NCBI GenBank assembly: GCA_030704615.1
Contig: CM060733.1
Location: 17,794,001 to 17,858,000 of the forward strand
DNA length: 64,000 nucleotides
DNA from: Takakia lepidozioides
Lineage: Eukaryota > Plantae > Bryophyta
Direction: 5' to 3'
The notes under the pieces were generated by a model, which was not told where the DNA came from, searched no databases, and was given only the letters and a program-made list of their open reading frames with translations. The position numbers and the translations under genes were made by a program. Shown piece by piece: positions 51,107 to 63,117 of this stretch; position 1 is the first letter of the stretch, and the number at the start of each line of letters is the position of its first letter.

Positions 51107-51930
51107 CCCTTAAGTTCCCAAGCCTTTTTTTGACATTTTACCAATTTTGGGTACCCAGCTGCAGTAAATTTCCCCTAGAAACCTACCAAAAATCATCCAG
51201 AGATTCCAGCCTTATAGCAATGGCCCCAGCTCATTTATGCATGACATACCAAAAAATGAGCCAAGTCCACCGTGGAAATTGTGAGATGATAGCGTTGGCC
51301 CGGACCTCAAATATCAGGTCCCAAAAAAGAAGTGAGAAAGAAATTGGTTTGACCAAATCAAAACCTAGCTTTATCCAATTTTGCTTGCCCCAAGACCCAC
51401 CATTTCCAAATCAATAGTGGAGTGGCTATGACCCCACTAAATTGCAGGTCCAACTGATTTTTTCACCTATGGTTGCTTTGCATGCAATTACATAGGGGTT
51501 GAAATCTCAAAATTGACAAGAAAAAATGTGCCTCCAAATGAAGTACTTTTTTTTCTACAAATTTCTTAAAAGCCAATGGTAGATGTGTGTATGTAATGCT
51601 CACACACCACAAGGTGAAGTGCTTTTTCCAAAATTGCTAATTTTCTGCCAAAAATGGCCTTTGGAGTGCAATCTGTTTTGGGCTTGTTTACCTGCTACGT
51701 CAGCGGTCAACAAGCCCTTTTCAGGCCCCAAAACGTAAATGAGAGATCTAAGATATTTTTTGTAGGTCGAGCTTTTGTTTTTTTTTTAATTTTGTTTTTT
51801 GCATCATACTCGAGACAAATCCCTTCTCATTAAAGCTTCAGGAGTGGGCCCCATCAGATTAGATCTGCAAAAATTAGGTCGAACTGCAAATTCAAAGTGA
51901 CCCGATTCAGGTCTCTTGGGAACTTAAGGG
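51107..51930. mobile_element. piggyBac-like MITE, second family (824 bp)
   Basis: TTAA flanks (51103-51106, 51931-51934). Perfect 16-bp TIR CCCTTAAGTTCCCAAG / CTTGGGAACTTAAGGG. Confidence 0.82.
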
Positions 51931-52953
51931 TTAATATGAGTTAAAGGACCTCCGTCCCCTTTCTTAAAAACCAGAAAAAAAATAAAAAAATCAGACCAGT
52001 CTGGTATCACCTCACGCCAAAGCCCACAATGCCAAGTATTCGGTAAGGAGCCGAGGGAAAGACCGATGGCTCCGCGAAAGGCGGTGAGGAGGCTGAGGGA
52101 CTTAGAAAAATTCCGCTCTCCTCCTTGACCTCACCTAGCGCTGAGTACCCGTCCGGCTGGCTCTCGATGCCTCTGGTTTCCAAGACAATGATGTTCTTTG
52201 CAAGAACGCCGCCCTAAACAAGCTCTGCATTCATTCGAGCCATTCTAAATTCATGATCTAAATTCATTTCCCCATCTTCCCCCCCCAAAAGCACCTGAGT
52301 GCAGGCATTGTGATGTTCTCCCCCCTTTTTTCTTCCCTACTTATCTTTGGCAAGTGTGCCCAGCATTAACCCCATTCTCTGGCTCCCCCCTTTGCGTGTT
52401 CTGCAGCTTGTCGGCCTTGGAAGGTTCCAGTTGGATGAATTGCCCCCGTTGGGGGAATGCCTCCGCGTGAGCCTGGACGCATGAGCGTGTGAGCACGTGA
52501 GCGCAATCAGGCTCACGCCACGTCAGCAGTTCTCGCCACATTGGTTCACGGGTGTTCAGCACGTCAGCAGTCCTTGCCAGTGTAGTTGACGCCACGTCAC
52601 GTCATGCCACGTCATTTCCATAGGCACGGACCTATAACCGCGGACAGAACAGGCGGAAGGGGAGAATGCTAGATTGTGAGCCCAAAGGCGTGAGGTAGGT
52701 GTCTATTTCCGCGGAATGATTTATCTTTTCCAGTCATTGCAGACTGCATCTTTAACATCCATCCCACCGCCGCCCCTCGTGTCATAAACTGCAATTTAAT
52801 AAGTATGCGATTGCCGAAATGAGACCTTTATCCCTCCCATAAAAAGGAGAATGAGTGTGCTAGTTTCAATATGCTTTTGTATCAGACGATAACAAGGTGT
52901 GGTAGCAGTTCCCAGTGCAGATCCCCAACCATCAAAGTTAGCCGGAGTGGAAT

Positions 52954-55900
52954 TGTCGCGGCCCTTTTGCCTTGAGGGCAAGGGGTCGGGACACGAGAGG
53001 GGCTGCCCCTGTGGTGGGGGCAGTGGCAACAATAGATGCGGGGGCTGAAGCACCCTTGAGTGCCCAAGGCACTCGAGGAGGCGGAGGCGCTCACTAGGTG
53101 GAGCCCCGCACACCGGGTTGCGGTGGGGGTGGCTCCACAAGGGGGTGGCGGTAGCTTAGTGGGACTTAGTGGGACTTAGTGGGGGTGGCATAGGACTCAC
53201 CATGGGGTGGAGACCTTGTGGTGGGAGTCGTGGGGAGTCTTGGGACTCATCACGGTCCAATGGGGCCGTGGTGGGTGGGCCAAGACTCACCGCGACTCAT
53301 CACCGGGAATCGAGGGTCTTCGTGGTGGTTCGCCATAAAATGGCATGGTTGTTTGTGAAACCCCCGCGGACAGTCACAGAAGTATATATAGGGGAGTAGT
53401 AACCCCGAGAACGGTGCAAGCCCGTTGGTGACCAAAAACTAGTGAGTAAGCGAGCGAGCCGGAAAGCGACCAAGGAGTGGGGAGCTATTCCGGACTGCCA
53501 TCTACCAAAGGGAATTTCCACTAAACCCAAATTGGTGGAGGGTCTGTTGGAAGAGTAAAGGGGGACCGTTATGTCCCGGTGAGCAGCCGAAGCTCCGAGT
53601 TGGCCTGGCGGCCAGGTTGGGAGTTAGGCGCACGCATCAAAGCGAGTAACTATGACTTGAAGGGGAGCTTACCGAAGTGAGGTGCGGGACACTTGGTATT
53701 AGAGCCTAGAGTTCAGTACGCGATCGTCCTTGAGATCGACCTCATCATGGGGTCGGGCAAGCCAAAGCGGAAGCTGAACGGCCCGAAAGATGATGATCCT
53801 GGTGAGCCCGATGGGGGCGACGTGTCACCAAAGCGGCCATTTGAGGATGCATGCTTTTGAAAGCGAGGCCGCTCAAGAACGGGAGGAATCTGAGGAGTCG
53901 GAGCCCGAGGAATTCCTGAGAGCTCCGACAGATCAACAGATGCCTCCCATGCCAACAGCCTTTTGGGAAGGGTTGTTGGCGCAGGTTGGCGGGACGTTGA
54001 AAGACGTGTTGAAGACGACTAATGTCACTTCCACTAAGACAAAGTTTAAGGTGAAGCCTAAGGAACCCGACACCTTCGAGGGCGTCCGAAATCGGAAAGC
54101 ACTCAAGCTCTAGCTCTTGGAGCTAGAGCAGTACTTCCGGGCGGCCAAGTTGAGTGACGAGGATCGGGTGGAAGTGGCTCCCACCTATTTGAGGGGCTAT
54201 GCTCAACAATGGTGGCAGAAACGCCTTCACGACCAAGGTCCAAACCCAGAAACCTTGAACTGGAGTGGGTTCAAGGAACTTATGAAGAGACAGTTTGTGC
54301 CCCTCAACGCGTCCTGGCTCGCCCGGGACAAGATGAGGAATTTGAAGCAAACGGATGACATTTGGGGATATGTTCAGGCCTTCAATGTGCTGTTGCTCGA
54401 AGTCGCGGATATGGCAGAACCAGAAATGGTCTTCAACTTTGTGGCGGGACTGGCCCCATGGGCTAGGCGGGGAGGAAAAGCCACCTAAGACTTTGAACGA
54501 GGCAATTAGGGCTGAATGTTTCTCGGATGTCTCTAAGGGCGAAAAACAAGGCCGTACGGAGCTGAACCACAAGAAAACCCGGCGGGAGGGTGACTCATTT
54601 CGACCGGAAAAGAAGTGGGATAGGCCACGCGACAACAATGGCACGTGGAAATCGAAGGGAGGGCCTTCACACGCCAAGACGACACCCGGTGTTCCGAAAG
54701 GAAAATCAGGTACGACGGCTTATGGCGGACAAAAGGCGACCTTTGAATGAGTGTGCTTTAATTGCGGGGAGCCCGGGCACATGGCTAAGAAGTGCGCAAA
54801 ACCCCGACAATGGAACATGACTCGGGCGACCACAGAGCTGTCGGAAGATTCCATCAGCCGCTTGGTGGAAGCGATGGTCGCCAAGACTTGCAAGGTAGGC
54901 AACTACTCTTGTGAGTTGTATCAGGAAACTGGCGCCCTACGTAAAGGGAGTCAGTTATTGTTCGTTAGTGGGATAATTTCCGGATTAATGTCAAAGGGGT
55001 ACATCCGGCCGAGTAAGACAGAGCCCCGTTGCTATTCGCAGACAAGAAGGATGGGATGTTGCGGATGTGTGTCGATTACAGGGCTCTGAATAAGGTGACT
55101 ATCAAGAACCGGTACCATTTGCCAAGGATCGACGACCTCTTCTATCGGTTGGCAGGAGCCAAGTATTTCAGCCGGATCGATTTGCGCTCCGGGTATCATC
55201 AGATCCGATTGGCGGAAGGAGATGAGGAGAAGACCGCGTGCATGACAAGATATGGTTCGTATGAGTTCTTGGTGATGCCTTTTGGGCTCACCAACGCACC
55301 CGCGACCTTTAGCACGCTAATGAACAGCCTTTTCCAGGAGTGGTTGGATGACTTTGTGATCGTATACATCGACGACATACTGGTGTACTCGAAAATAAAG
55401 GAAGAGCACTTGGAGCACCTCAAAAGGATGTTCCGGAAATTGCGGGAAGGGAAGCTGTTTGCCAAAGCTTCAAAGTGTGAATTCGAGGTCACCAAAGTGG
55501 AGTTCCTGGGGCATGTGATTACACAGGATGGGATCAAAATGGATGACAGAATGGTGAAAGCGATCTTGGACTGGGAGCCTCCGACTTCGGTCCCGGGAGT
55601 GCGATCCTTCCTAGGACTCGCCTCCTATTACCGGAAGTATGTGAGAAATTTCGCCAAGATCGCGGGGCCGCTGTCAGACCTTCTGTGTAAATCCAAAGTC
55701 TGGGTATGGAACACCTTTTGTGGCCAAGCTTTTGCCGAGTTGAAGCAGCGGATGGCGGAAGCTGCAGTCCTCAAAATCCCGGAGTTCGACCGTCCATTTG
55801 AGATTCATACGGATGCGTCGGACTTCGCAATAGGGGGTGTACTCATGCAGGATGGACGTCCAGTGGTTTACAAAAGTAAGAAACTGAATGAAGTGGAGCG

Positions 55901-55993
55901 ACGGTGGCCTACGCATAAGAAGGAAATGAAGGCGGTGGTGCATTGCCTTGAGCTTTGGCGCCACTATGTTGGTTCCAACCTGGTGAAGGTGTT
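52954..55993 (+). mobile_element. Truncated Ty3/gypsy chromovirus-like (Galadriel-like) element: 5' LTR, PBS, gag, RT, partial RNase H
   Basis: LTR TGTCGCGG..GCGGGACA (52954-53691; start inferred) with TATATATA; tRNAi-Met PBS at 53694; gag with CFNCGEPGHMAKKC; protease deleted; [29 protein letters not shown] and YIDD; RNase [11 protein letters not shown]; breaks off at about 55993. Confidence 0.88.
53694..53705 (+). other. Primer-binding site, tRNAi-Met type
   Basis: TGGTATTAGAGC, one mismatch to canonical TGGTATCAGAGC, 2 nt after the LTR-terminal CA. Confidence 0.85.
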
Positions 55994-56171
55994 GTGTCAC
56001 CAATTGCTGAGGGGAGTGCCGGTACGAGCACCAACAATACTAATGGGTACACAAGACGAGGTGTGCGGTTTAGGCCACCTTCACCTTCAGTGTCTTCTGA
56101 GGAAGGTTCAGACTCGGAGTCAGGAGGATTCTCGCCGAGGGCGCAAGCCATTTCCATACCATTGTTGTGGG
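55994..56171 (+). mobile_element. Fragment of a second, diverged member of the DNMT-gypsy family (gag N-terminal region)
   Basis: Translates [49 protein letters not shown] versus [51 protein letters not shown] at 29557-29374. Confidence 0.85.
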
Positions 56172-56209
56172 GGAGATTTTTTTCAAGTTCCTTCTAAGAG
56201 GTCTCTCTT

Positions 56210-56565
56210 GTGATGTCGGGGAGTTGCAACCTTCACAGCCTTAGTGCCCAGCCCTAGTGTCGTCGTCGTTGTTATAGCCCTAGCGTCAGGCGTTGGGCGC
56301 CCCAACGACGCTTTTGCGACGCCGGGGCGTCGCAACGCCAAAAAATAAAATAAAATTGGTATTGCAAACCCCCGACGTCGCAAGAAAAAAAAACCCGTCG
56401 TAACCCTCCGTGGCGACGCACCTCTTTCCCCATTCATAGCCACCTTGCGACGGCTAGGCGTCGTAGCGAGGGATTGCGACGCCGGGGCGTCGAAAAAAAA
56501 AAAAGGGCCGCGGGGGTGGCGTCGCTAATGCCCCCCCCCCCCCCCCCACCCCTTTTCCTGTAGTG
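56210..56565. mobile_element. One end of a CACTA/EnSpm-type DNA transposon
   Basis: Terminus TTTTCCTGTAGTG (reverse complement CACTACAGGAAAA) at 56553-56565, with palindromic subterminal repeats GCGACGCCGGGGCGTCG. The other end was not found. Confidence 0.65.
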
Positions 56566-58480
56566 GTGCAACCCCAGCCAGCCCCCAACCTCTCGCAAAG
56601 AATGCCTGGGATCTTTAAGGAGGCCATTCGTCAGCCTATCTTTGGGAATTATAACATTGACTCGTCTCAGCTGCTACCCCTCATTCCTAAATGGGCGAGC
56701 TGGGAGAAAGAAGGCTTCGTGCATGTAGCCAACATATGGGAAGTTTCATTCCAACCCCTCTTGTTGCTTCTGCTATGCGTAGTCGCCGGTCCAGAACCTC
56801 TTGGCCGGTTATTACTTCGCAGATTCCTGACTACCTTCGGTCCTTGCTGCTAAATTATAACAGGGACAGTTCCTTGCCTGCCTGGTTTGGTACAGCTGGG
56901 GGGAACTCAAATAGAGTGTTGCTTGGCCTTTCCTATTCTGTGGATGCAAGTACTGTGGATGGCCTGGGTTTTGAAATGCTAAAGTCTAGGAGTCTGGCTT
57001 TATTGGGGGAGAGGTCATCTCCCAAAGCTGACCTCTTCAAGGTCAGGCTCATTGACTGCTCATCAGGGATGGCTAATCCTTTGCCCCCGATGGGCCAAGA
57101 AACTGATTGGGCCATACATTCTCATTTTAATTGCTTTCTTTCTCTGCCCTTGGCTGGATTGCAGTTTGACCCCAGTGAGTGGTCTTAGATGGATAGGGCT
57201 CATTCCCCTTTCTTTGCCTATACTATTAAGCTTGGCTAATCTCTTATCTTTCCAGCTCAGTCTTTCTCCACTAAGTGGGTGAACAAGTGGGGCTTATCTC
57301 TGGGAGGGCAGGTGAACTGGACTCAGATTTGGAAGGAAATCTGGCGCAAAGATAGAGCTTCCAAGCTCTCTGCTTTTCTATGGAAAGTTGCGCATCATAT
57401 CCTACCAGTCAAGGTGTTCATGAGAACTGATAACGTGGACTGTGATCGGGGCTCATAAAACCCTGGAACATTGCCTGGTTGCCTGTCCTTTGGCAAAGAG
57501 AGTCTGGTCCCTAGTCATCAGTTTCTATTCGAACTGGGAATCTCTTCCCTCTCCTACCCCTACCCCCCTCCTTCTTCTTAATTGTGGGCAGGGTAGGAGT
57601 ATGCTTAAATGCCCGGTGTCGGGTTGTTTGCGTGCTCGTTCCCTGTGGGCAATCTGGAAGGCCAAATGTGCCTGGATTTTTAGGGAGGGAAATCGCCCAG
57701 TCTCAGGTCCATTCTGTTTAATGTATATATAGATTGAGAACTGAGGGGAGGAAAGCCTGGTTGGCTTTGTGTGCAGCTCTTCCCCGAGCTTCAGAATGCG
57801 GGCGCAGGGCGAAGTTTCTCAAGAGCTCCTAGTGCAAGAATGGCCTCCTCGGCACCAGACTGTCCGACACAACAATGCGCTGGAAAGACACCTTCCCCCC
57901 CCCCCCAATGGGAAATCTCTGGTTGATGGGAAGGAGTCCGACTTCAATTGGAGGCACAAGCACGCTAGGGATTCTAAATCTAGGGCTCACCTTAAGTTTT
58001 AGTGTTCAGCTTTAGTGCTCACAGCTTTGCTTGGACGTTATTGGGTTCTATCGTTTCAAGGCTCTATTGTTTTCAGGCACTGCTGTTATTTGTTGTGCTG
58101 GCTGTAGGTAGGTTATTTTCAGCTTTTAGGCTTGCTTGCTCTTTGACTTGGCAGTTCTGATTGTTGGTTGGCATCTTGCTATCCGCTTTCAGCTTCTGCT
58201 CTAGCTTTTGTTTCCAGGCTCGCAGCCCATCACCTCGCATTTGCTTTATCTGGGCTCTGCGGTGCTTCTTACTCTTTCATGGCCTCTCATTCAGACATTT
58301 CTCTTTCCTTCTCTTGGTCTCTCGGAATTATGGTCACGGGTGGTTATCCCCCCAGTAAGCCTTCACGGTCCCAGGGTGATTATTTTTTTCACTTCATTGT
58401 ACCTTCATCAATCCTTTAATAAATTTCCAGGGCCTCTGTCCCTGTTCTGTAATTTGTTTTTAAAAGAAAAAAAAAAAACA
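56566..58480 (+). mobile_element. L1-clade LINE 3' remnant
   Basis: zf-RVT-like WKEIWRKDRASKLSAFLWKVAHHILP..TLEHCLVACPLAKRVW..LWAIWKAKC; AATAAA at about 58418; A-rich tail 58461-58478. Confidence 0.75.
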
Positions 58481-60237
58481 ATGCCATTTTGTTTTTCCCC
58501 TCATTGCCAAAATGGCAGGTGATAAGGTATGAATGGGGACAAAATGTAATATGAAGATATATGTGTAGTATGCTCTTCCTCTATATTCACTTCAGCTCTA
58601 TTATATTCACATTATATTCAGTTCATTCTCTTCAGATTTATCCCTCCAATTTAATCACATTTGGCAATTTTATCTTTTCGCTTTTGTTCCCTGCATTTAA
58701 TTTATTATTATTATTTTCTATCGAGGTGAGAACACAAAATATTTTGATTCTAAGTATTATATTTGGTTCTTAATTATTATCCTCAGGAATTACTGTCTCT
58801 GCGAGGGCCACTGATGGTTCCGATGTTGTATTTAAATATTTATATTTTTATTGGCTCTGTCCCACAAGGGATAGCATTGTGGAGACATCTCACCTAGGCA
58901 GAGAACTAGGCTTATCCATTAAGCCTAGTCTATGGAGGGTTGATGGGCATGATTCATGAAGCCGTGGAAAAAGTTTCAAACAACAAACCCAAAATCACCC
59001 AAGGAAAGAGCAAGGACAAAGCCTCTTGTGGCGGAGCCGCTTGTTTCAATAATATCACCACAGCCTTTCAGTCAGTTTTATAATTAGGGTGGAGCCCTTA
59101 TGCCACTAGCTGCTTGTTTCAATAGAATTGAATGGACTTCCGTATTCTGTGTACCTCCCAAGAAAAAATAAAAAATGCAGGAAACCTCAAACAAACATCA
59201 TACCAAAATTGAATGCTGGCTTAATATATAGAGCAGTTTCATTGGGGCCTGTTCATTCTAGAGTGGTCTAGGAATTACTGTGGCCCAGGAATTAGAGTGG
59301 GGGGCTTATGTAGTAAGGCCAAGTGCAATAAGGAATGAGATCAAGGGGTCCAGAAAAAGAAGGGAGAATCGCGTGATGTATTAAATTGGCAAAATTTAGA
59401 TAGGGAGTCTTGTAGGGCTGACATGTGTCCATGGCCTTCTAGAAGGGTCCCAAGGTGGGGGGGCTTCTAGAAGGGTCTCACCACCCTGGGGGGGTATATA
59501 AGAGAGAGCCCCCCTTCTTACTACCTACTTACTACTTACTAATTTAGTAAGTAGTGGCCTCTGCACTTACTACTTACTAAATTAGTAAATAGTGGCCTCT
59601 GCAGAGGCAGGCCCCCCCCCCCCAAAAAAAAGCAAACATGAATCTATTAATTAATAGAAACCACAATACCCACAACAACATGCTGAGGTTGAGAATTTAA
59701 TATACATTATACTTCAAGATACTTCAAGAAGATGGAATAGGGACTACTACCATATCTAACCGCACTTGCACCTCGATGTGTAATATGTAGAGCTATTCAG
59801 TATTATTGGATTGAGCATTTGAGCATTGGAATGTGGCACTCCTCTGCCCCGATAGAAATGGAGGACTACTGTCAAACTGGACTATAACTAGAAATATACA
59901 AATTTATGATGATGTAAGCCATTCCTGTCCTATGCCTGAGATGTAGGGAGATGTTTTGATGTCCCCCATGAAGGAATGAAAGGGGAGGTTGTGTGTTTCC
60001 CCCCCAATGTGGCTAACCAAATCCACAGGAGTCTAGTCTTTTTTCACACCTCTCTCTCTCCCCTAATTGCTTGCTTGCTTGATTAAGCTACCCAAGGACT
60101 GATTGAACTTTGCTCTATCCCATTCTGCATGAATGACTACCAGTATGCCAGCCTGGCTCTGCATCCGTGCCTCAATGTGAGGACCTACCTGTCTCTTGCA
60201 ACTCTGAAGCTCTTACTTCTGACATATGGAAGCTTAT

Positions 60238-63085
60238 CTACCAAGAAATGGCCCTCATGACAGGGAAGAGTTGGTGGTAGCCGTCAGGATTTGCTTGACG
60301 CCATTTCCACGCCACTGCCAAAGTCTCCTTCAAGTCCAGGTGTTTGGCTGTCCAGTTGAGCTCATGCTGTATCTTTGAGGGGTCACTGTAGACTTCAGCA
60401 TAGTCACCAGGACGCCTGTCGAAATACGTGACATTCATGTTCACCCCCGTGGCTTCCTTGCACGCTTCAACAAACTCTTTTACGGATTTGCCTGCCAGCA
60501 CTCCCACTCCCCTTGAGTGTGATTCCAAAGCTCATTTCAGTGTGCTTCATGCCCTTTATAACGTCCATGTTAAAACATTCTCACGTAGTTTGAGACATGC
60601 AGCAGGGCAACTTGACTAATGTAACTTTGCTGTTCAGCCAGTATCCTTCTCATGGACATTGCACCATTCATTCAGTTCATCTCTGCATTATGTTTCAATG
60701 GAGATCCTGCCGTCGCTAAGGATGACCATAAGGTGACTCTAGCACCAAAGAATGTGAAGCCACAGATCACATGCTTCACAAGAGCTTAACAGGCAAGATT
60801 TGTCGAGCAATTTCAGATCCAAATCACTAAGGCCAACAAAACACTGGAAAGGATGGTTGGATTCCCACCAACAAACCAAACAGATGACAGATGGGATCAA
60901 GGTGTCTGACCTTGGCCTGTTCCCACATTGTATATTAACCACTTTGCTGGAATTTGCATGTGCCAAGGCCTTGACATGGGCATCTACCAGGTCTGTGACA
61001 TGGATGTAATCACGTATACATGTCCCGTCCTTTGTACTGTAGTTTGTCCCATGCACCTGTCATCCCATCCCGTAACATAGGAATCAGGCCACCAAGACCG
61101 CAACACGTTCAGCCCACTGGGACACACCGACTCCCCATCTGGCCCTTAACACAAGCTATGGGTACTTGAGGTGCTGCACATACCTTCAGCCCTGGAATGT
61201 GATGCATCGCAGCATCAAAGCAGGCTCCTGATATTCGCCCATGAGATCGAAGCTCCGGTCTTGGTGCTTCTCCAAGTCTACCTTCTGGATCTGAGCCAAT
61301 CACGTTGAAGTACCTGAAACCACAGTTCAGTGCAGATACCATGTTCTTAGTGTGCCAGAACGCAAAGCAGAAGGAGCTGCAGTCAGACATTGAAGAATCC
61401 TCCCTTGCATGAAAGTAGGTTTCAACTTGAAAATGTTCACATGTTTCTTATGCTAAAGGTTCAGTCCATTGCCCTGAACACAGAACAGAGATGGAAAGGG
61501 AGAGACAGGAGGGAGAGGGGACATACCTAAGGATCATCACAGCTAAATTAGAGTTTGTATGCGCAAAATCCAAGATTATATCCTCTGCCATCTTCTTTGC
61601 CTTCCCATATGGATTGATTGGCACCTACACTCATGCATAGACTGCACATTCTTAAGCCACTCAAAGGGCAGCCTCAGCATTTCACTATTTCCTGCTGAAC
61701 CAACCATCTTATTACAATAGAGTACCAATGTATCTGTTAGTGAGTAGTCTTGCTTGTTGAAATTAGCTGACCATGCTTACAGGTGGTTTTATACATTCAT
61801 TCAAGCAACTGCTTTGAAAAGGAGATAAAGAGGTTGTCTGCAGCAACCACTGGTAGCACCATCATCTCTGTGGCTTTGCGGGGTCACTTTTTGCACATCT
61901 TTGTTAACACTTTGAGCACCAAGCATATTAATCAACAATGACAACCTCCTACAGAAACCTGAACCTACCCTACATTCATGTAATTAGGCAGCAATTGTGG
62001 ATGACAATGCCCCGACAAATTTTGTCTTCTATGGCAGCATTAGGTTTCATTTCTGGATATGACACCCAAATCTTGGGACAAGAACAGGGCAGGCATGGGA
62101 AAACCATGCTCATACTGGCCTTACCTGCAGCGTGCTCTCCCTGATTGGCATGGTCTCGGGTTCTCCATAAGTGGCACAGGTGCTGGAATAAATGAGCGTG
62201 TTTATGTCATGCTTAACCATGGCTTCCAACAATGTCAAGGTATTTGAAGTGATATTGTGGTAATATCTGTATCAAGTTAAACACCATATTTGATGTGTTA
62301 GTGACGAGGAATTCGACTACATGCTCTCTGAAATCCCATGGTATTATTTGCACATTGGCTGAAGCTGGCACGGGGTAGAGATTCTGGAACTTCGTGCTCT
62401 GAGACAAGTACTTGCGACAACCATACTATTTGCACATTTACTGAAACTGGTGCAGGGAAAAACTCTGCTATTTTCTACATGCGGGACAATTACTTCCAGA
62501 GGTGCAAAAACCTAGCATAGTATCGACGGCCTTAGTGAATGTAGGCTTTTGCTAAGCTGGAATCACTCTGGCACAAAAAAAGTACTTTCCTCTTATGGAG
62601 AGCAGGCTCAATCATCTACTACAAAGTCAGCTATGCTTACAACTTCGAATGACTTAGACTCAGATTCTACTTATGCCAAACTAAATCTGTATTACATTAC
62701 TTTTGGGCAGTCACTAGTAATCAGGGACCACTGATGCATCATGATTAGTTGTCATGTATCTCATTTCAGGATCAGTGCTTGTTTGCAATGGCAAACCAGA
62801 CAGGATAAAATATTCCAGTCATTTGTGACAAACCCATGTGCTTAGCAGAGGAGTGATAGAAGGGATCTGTGGTAAGGACTAGTGAACATACTAGGATGAT
62901 ACCGAACTGATAAACATTAAGTTCCAACTCACCGAAGGGGCTCAGCCATACTCTCTCCAACATAAGCCACAGCTGCAAAATGCATGACTGCATCTATAGC
63001 ATTCTTGCTGAACATTTCATGAACCTGTATAGTATCAGTCAAGGAAAACATTCTCTCTCACCTTTTGACCATAAAAACGGGCAAC

Positions 63086-63117
<32 letters not shown>

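Larger units (their letters stand above)
50578..58797. mobile_element. Possible long-TIR (Mutator-like) element enclosing a TE nest
   Basis: Diverged inverted repeat of about 200 bp: 50578-50800 (GACAGTAATCCTTGAAGATAATAATT...) versus 58580-58797 (...AATTATTATCCTCAGGAATTACTGTC). No convincing TSD or transposase. Confidence 0.4.
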
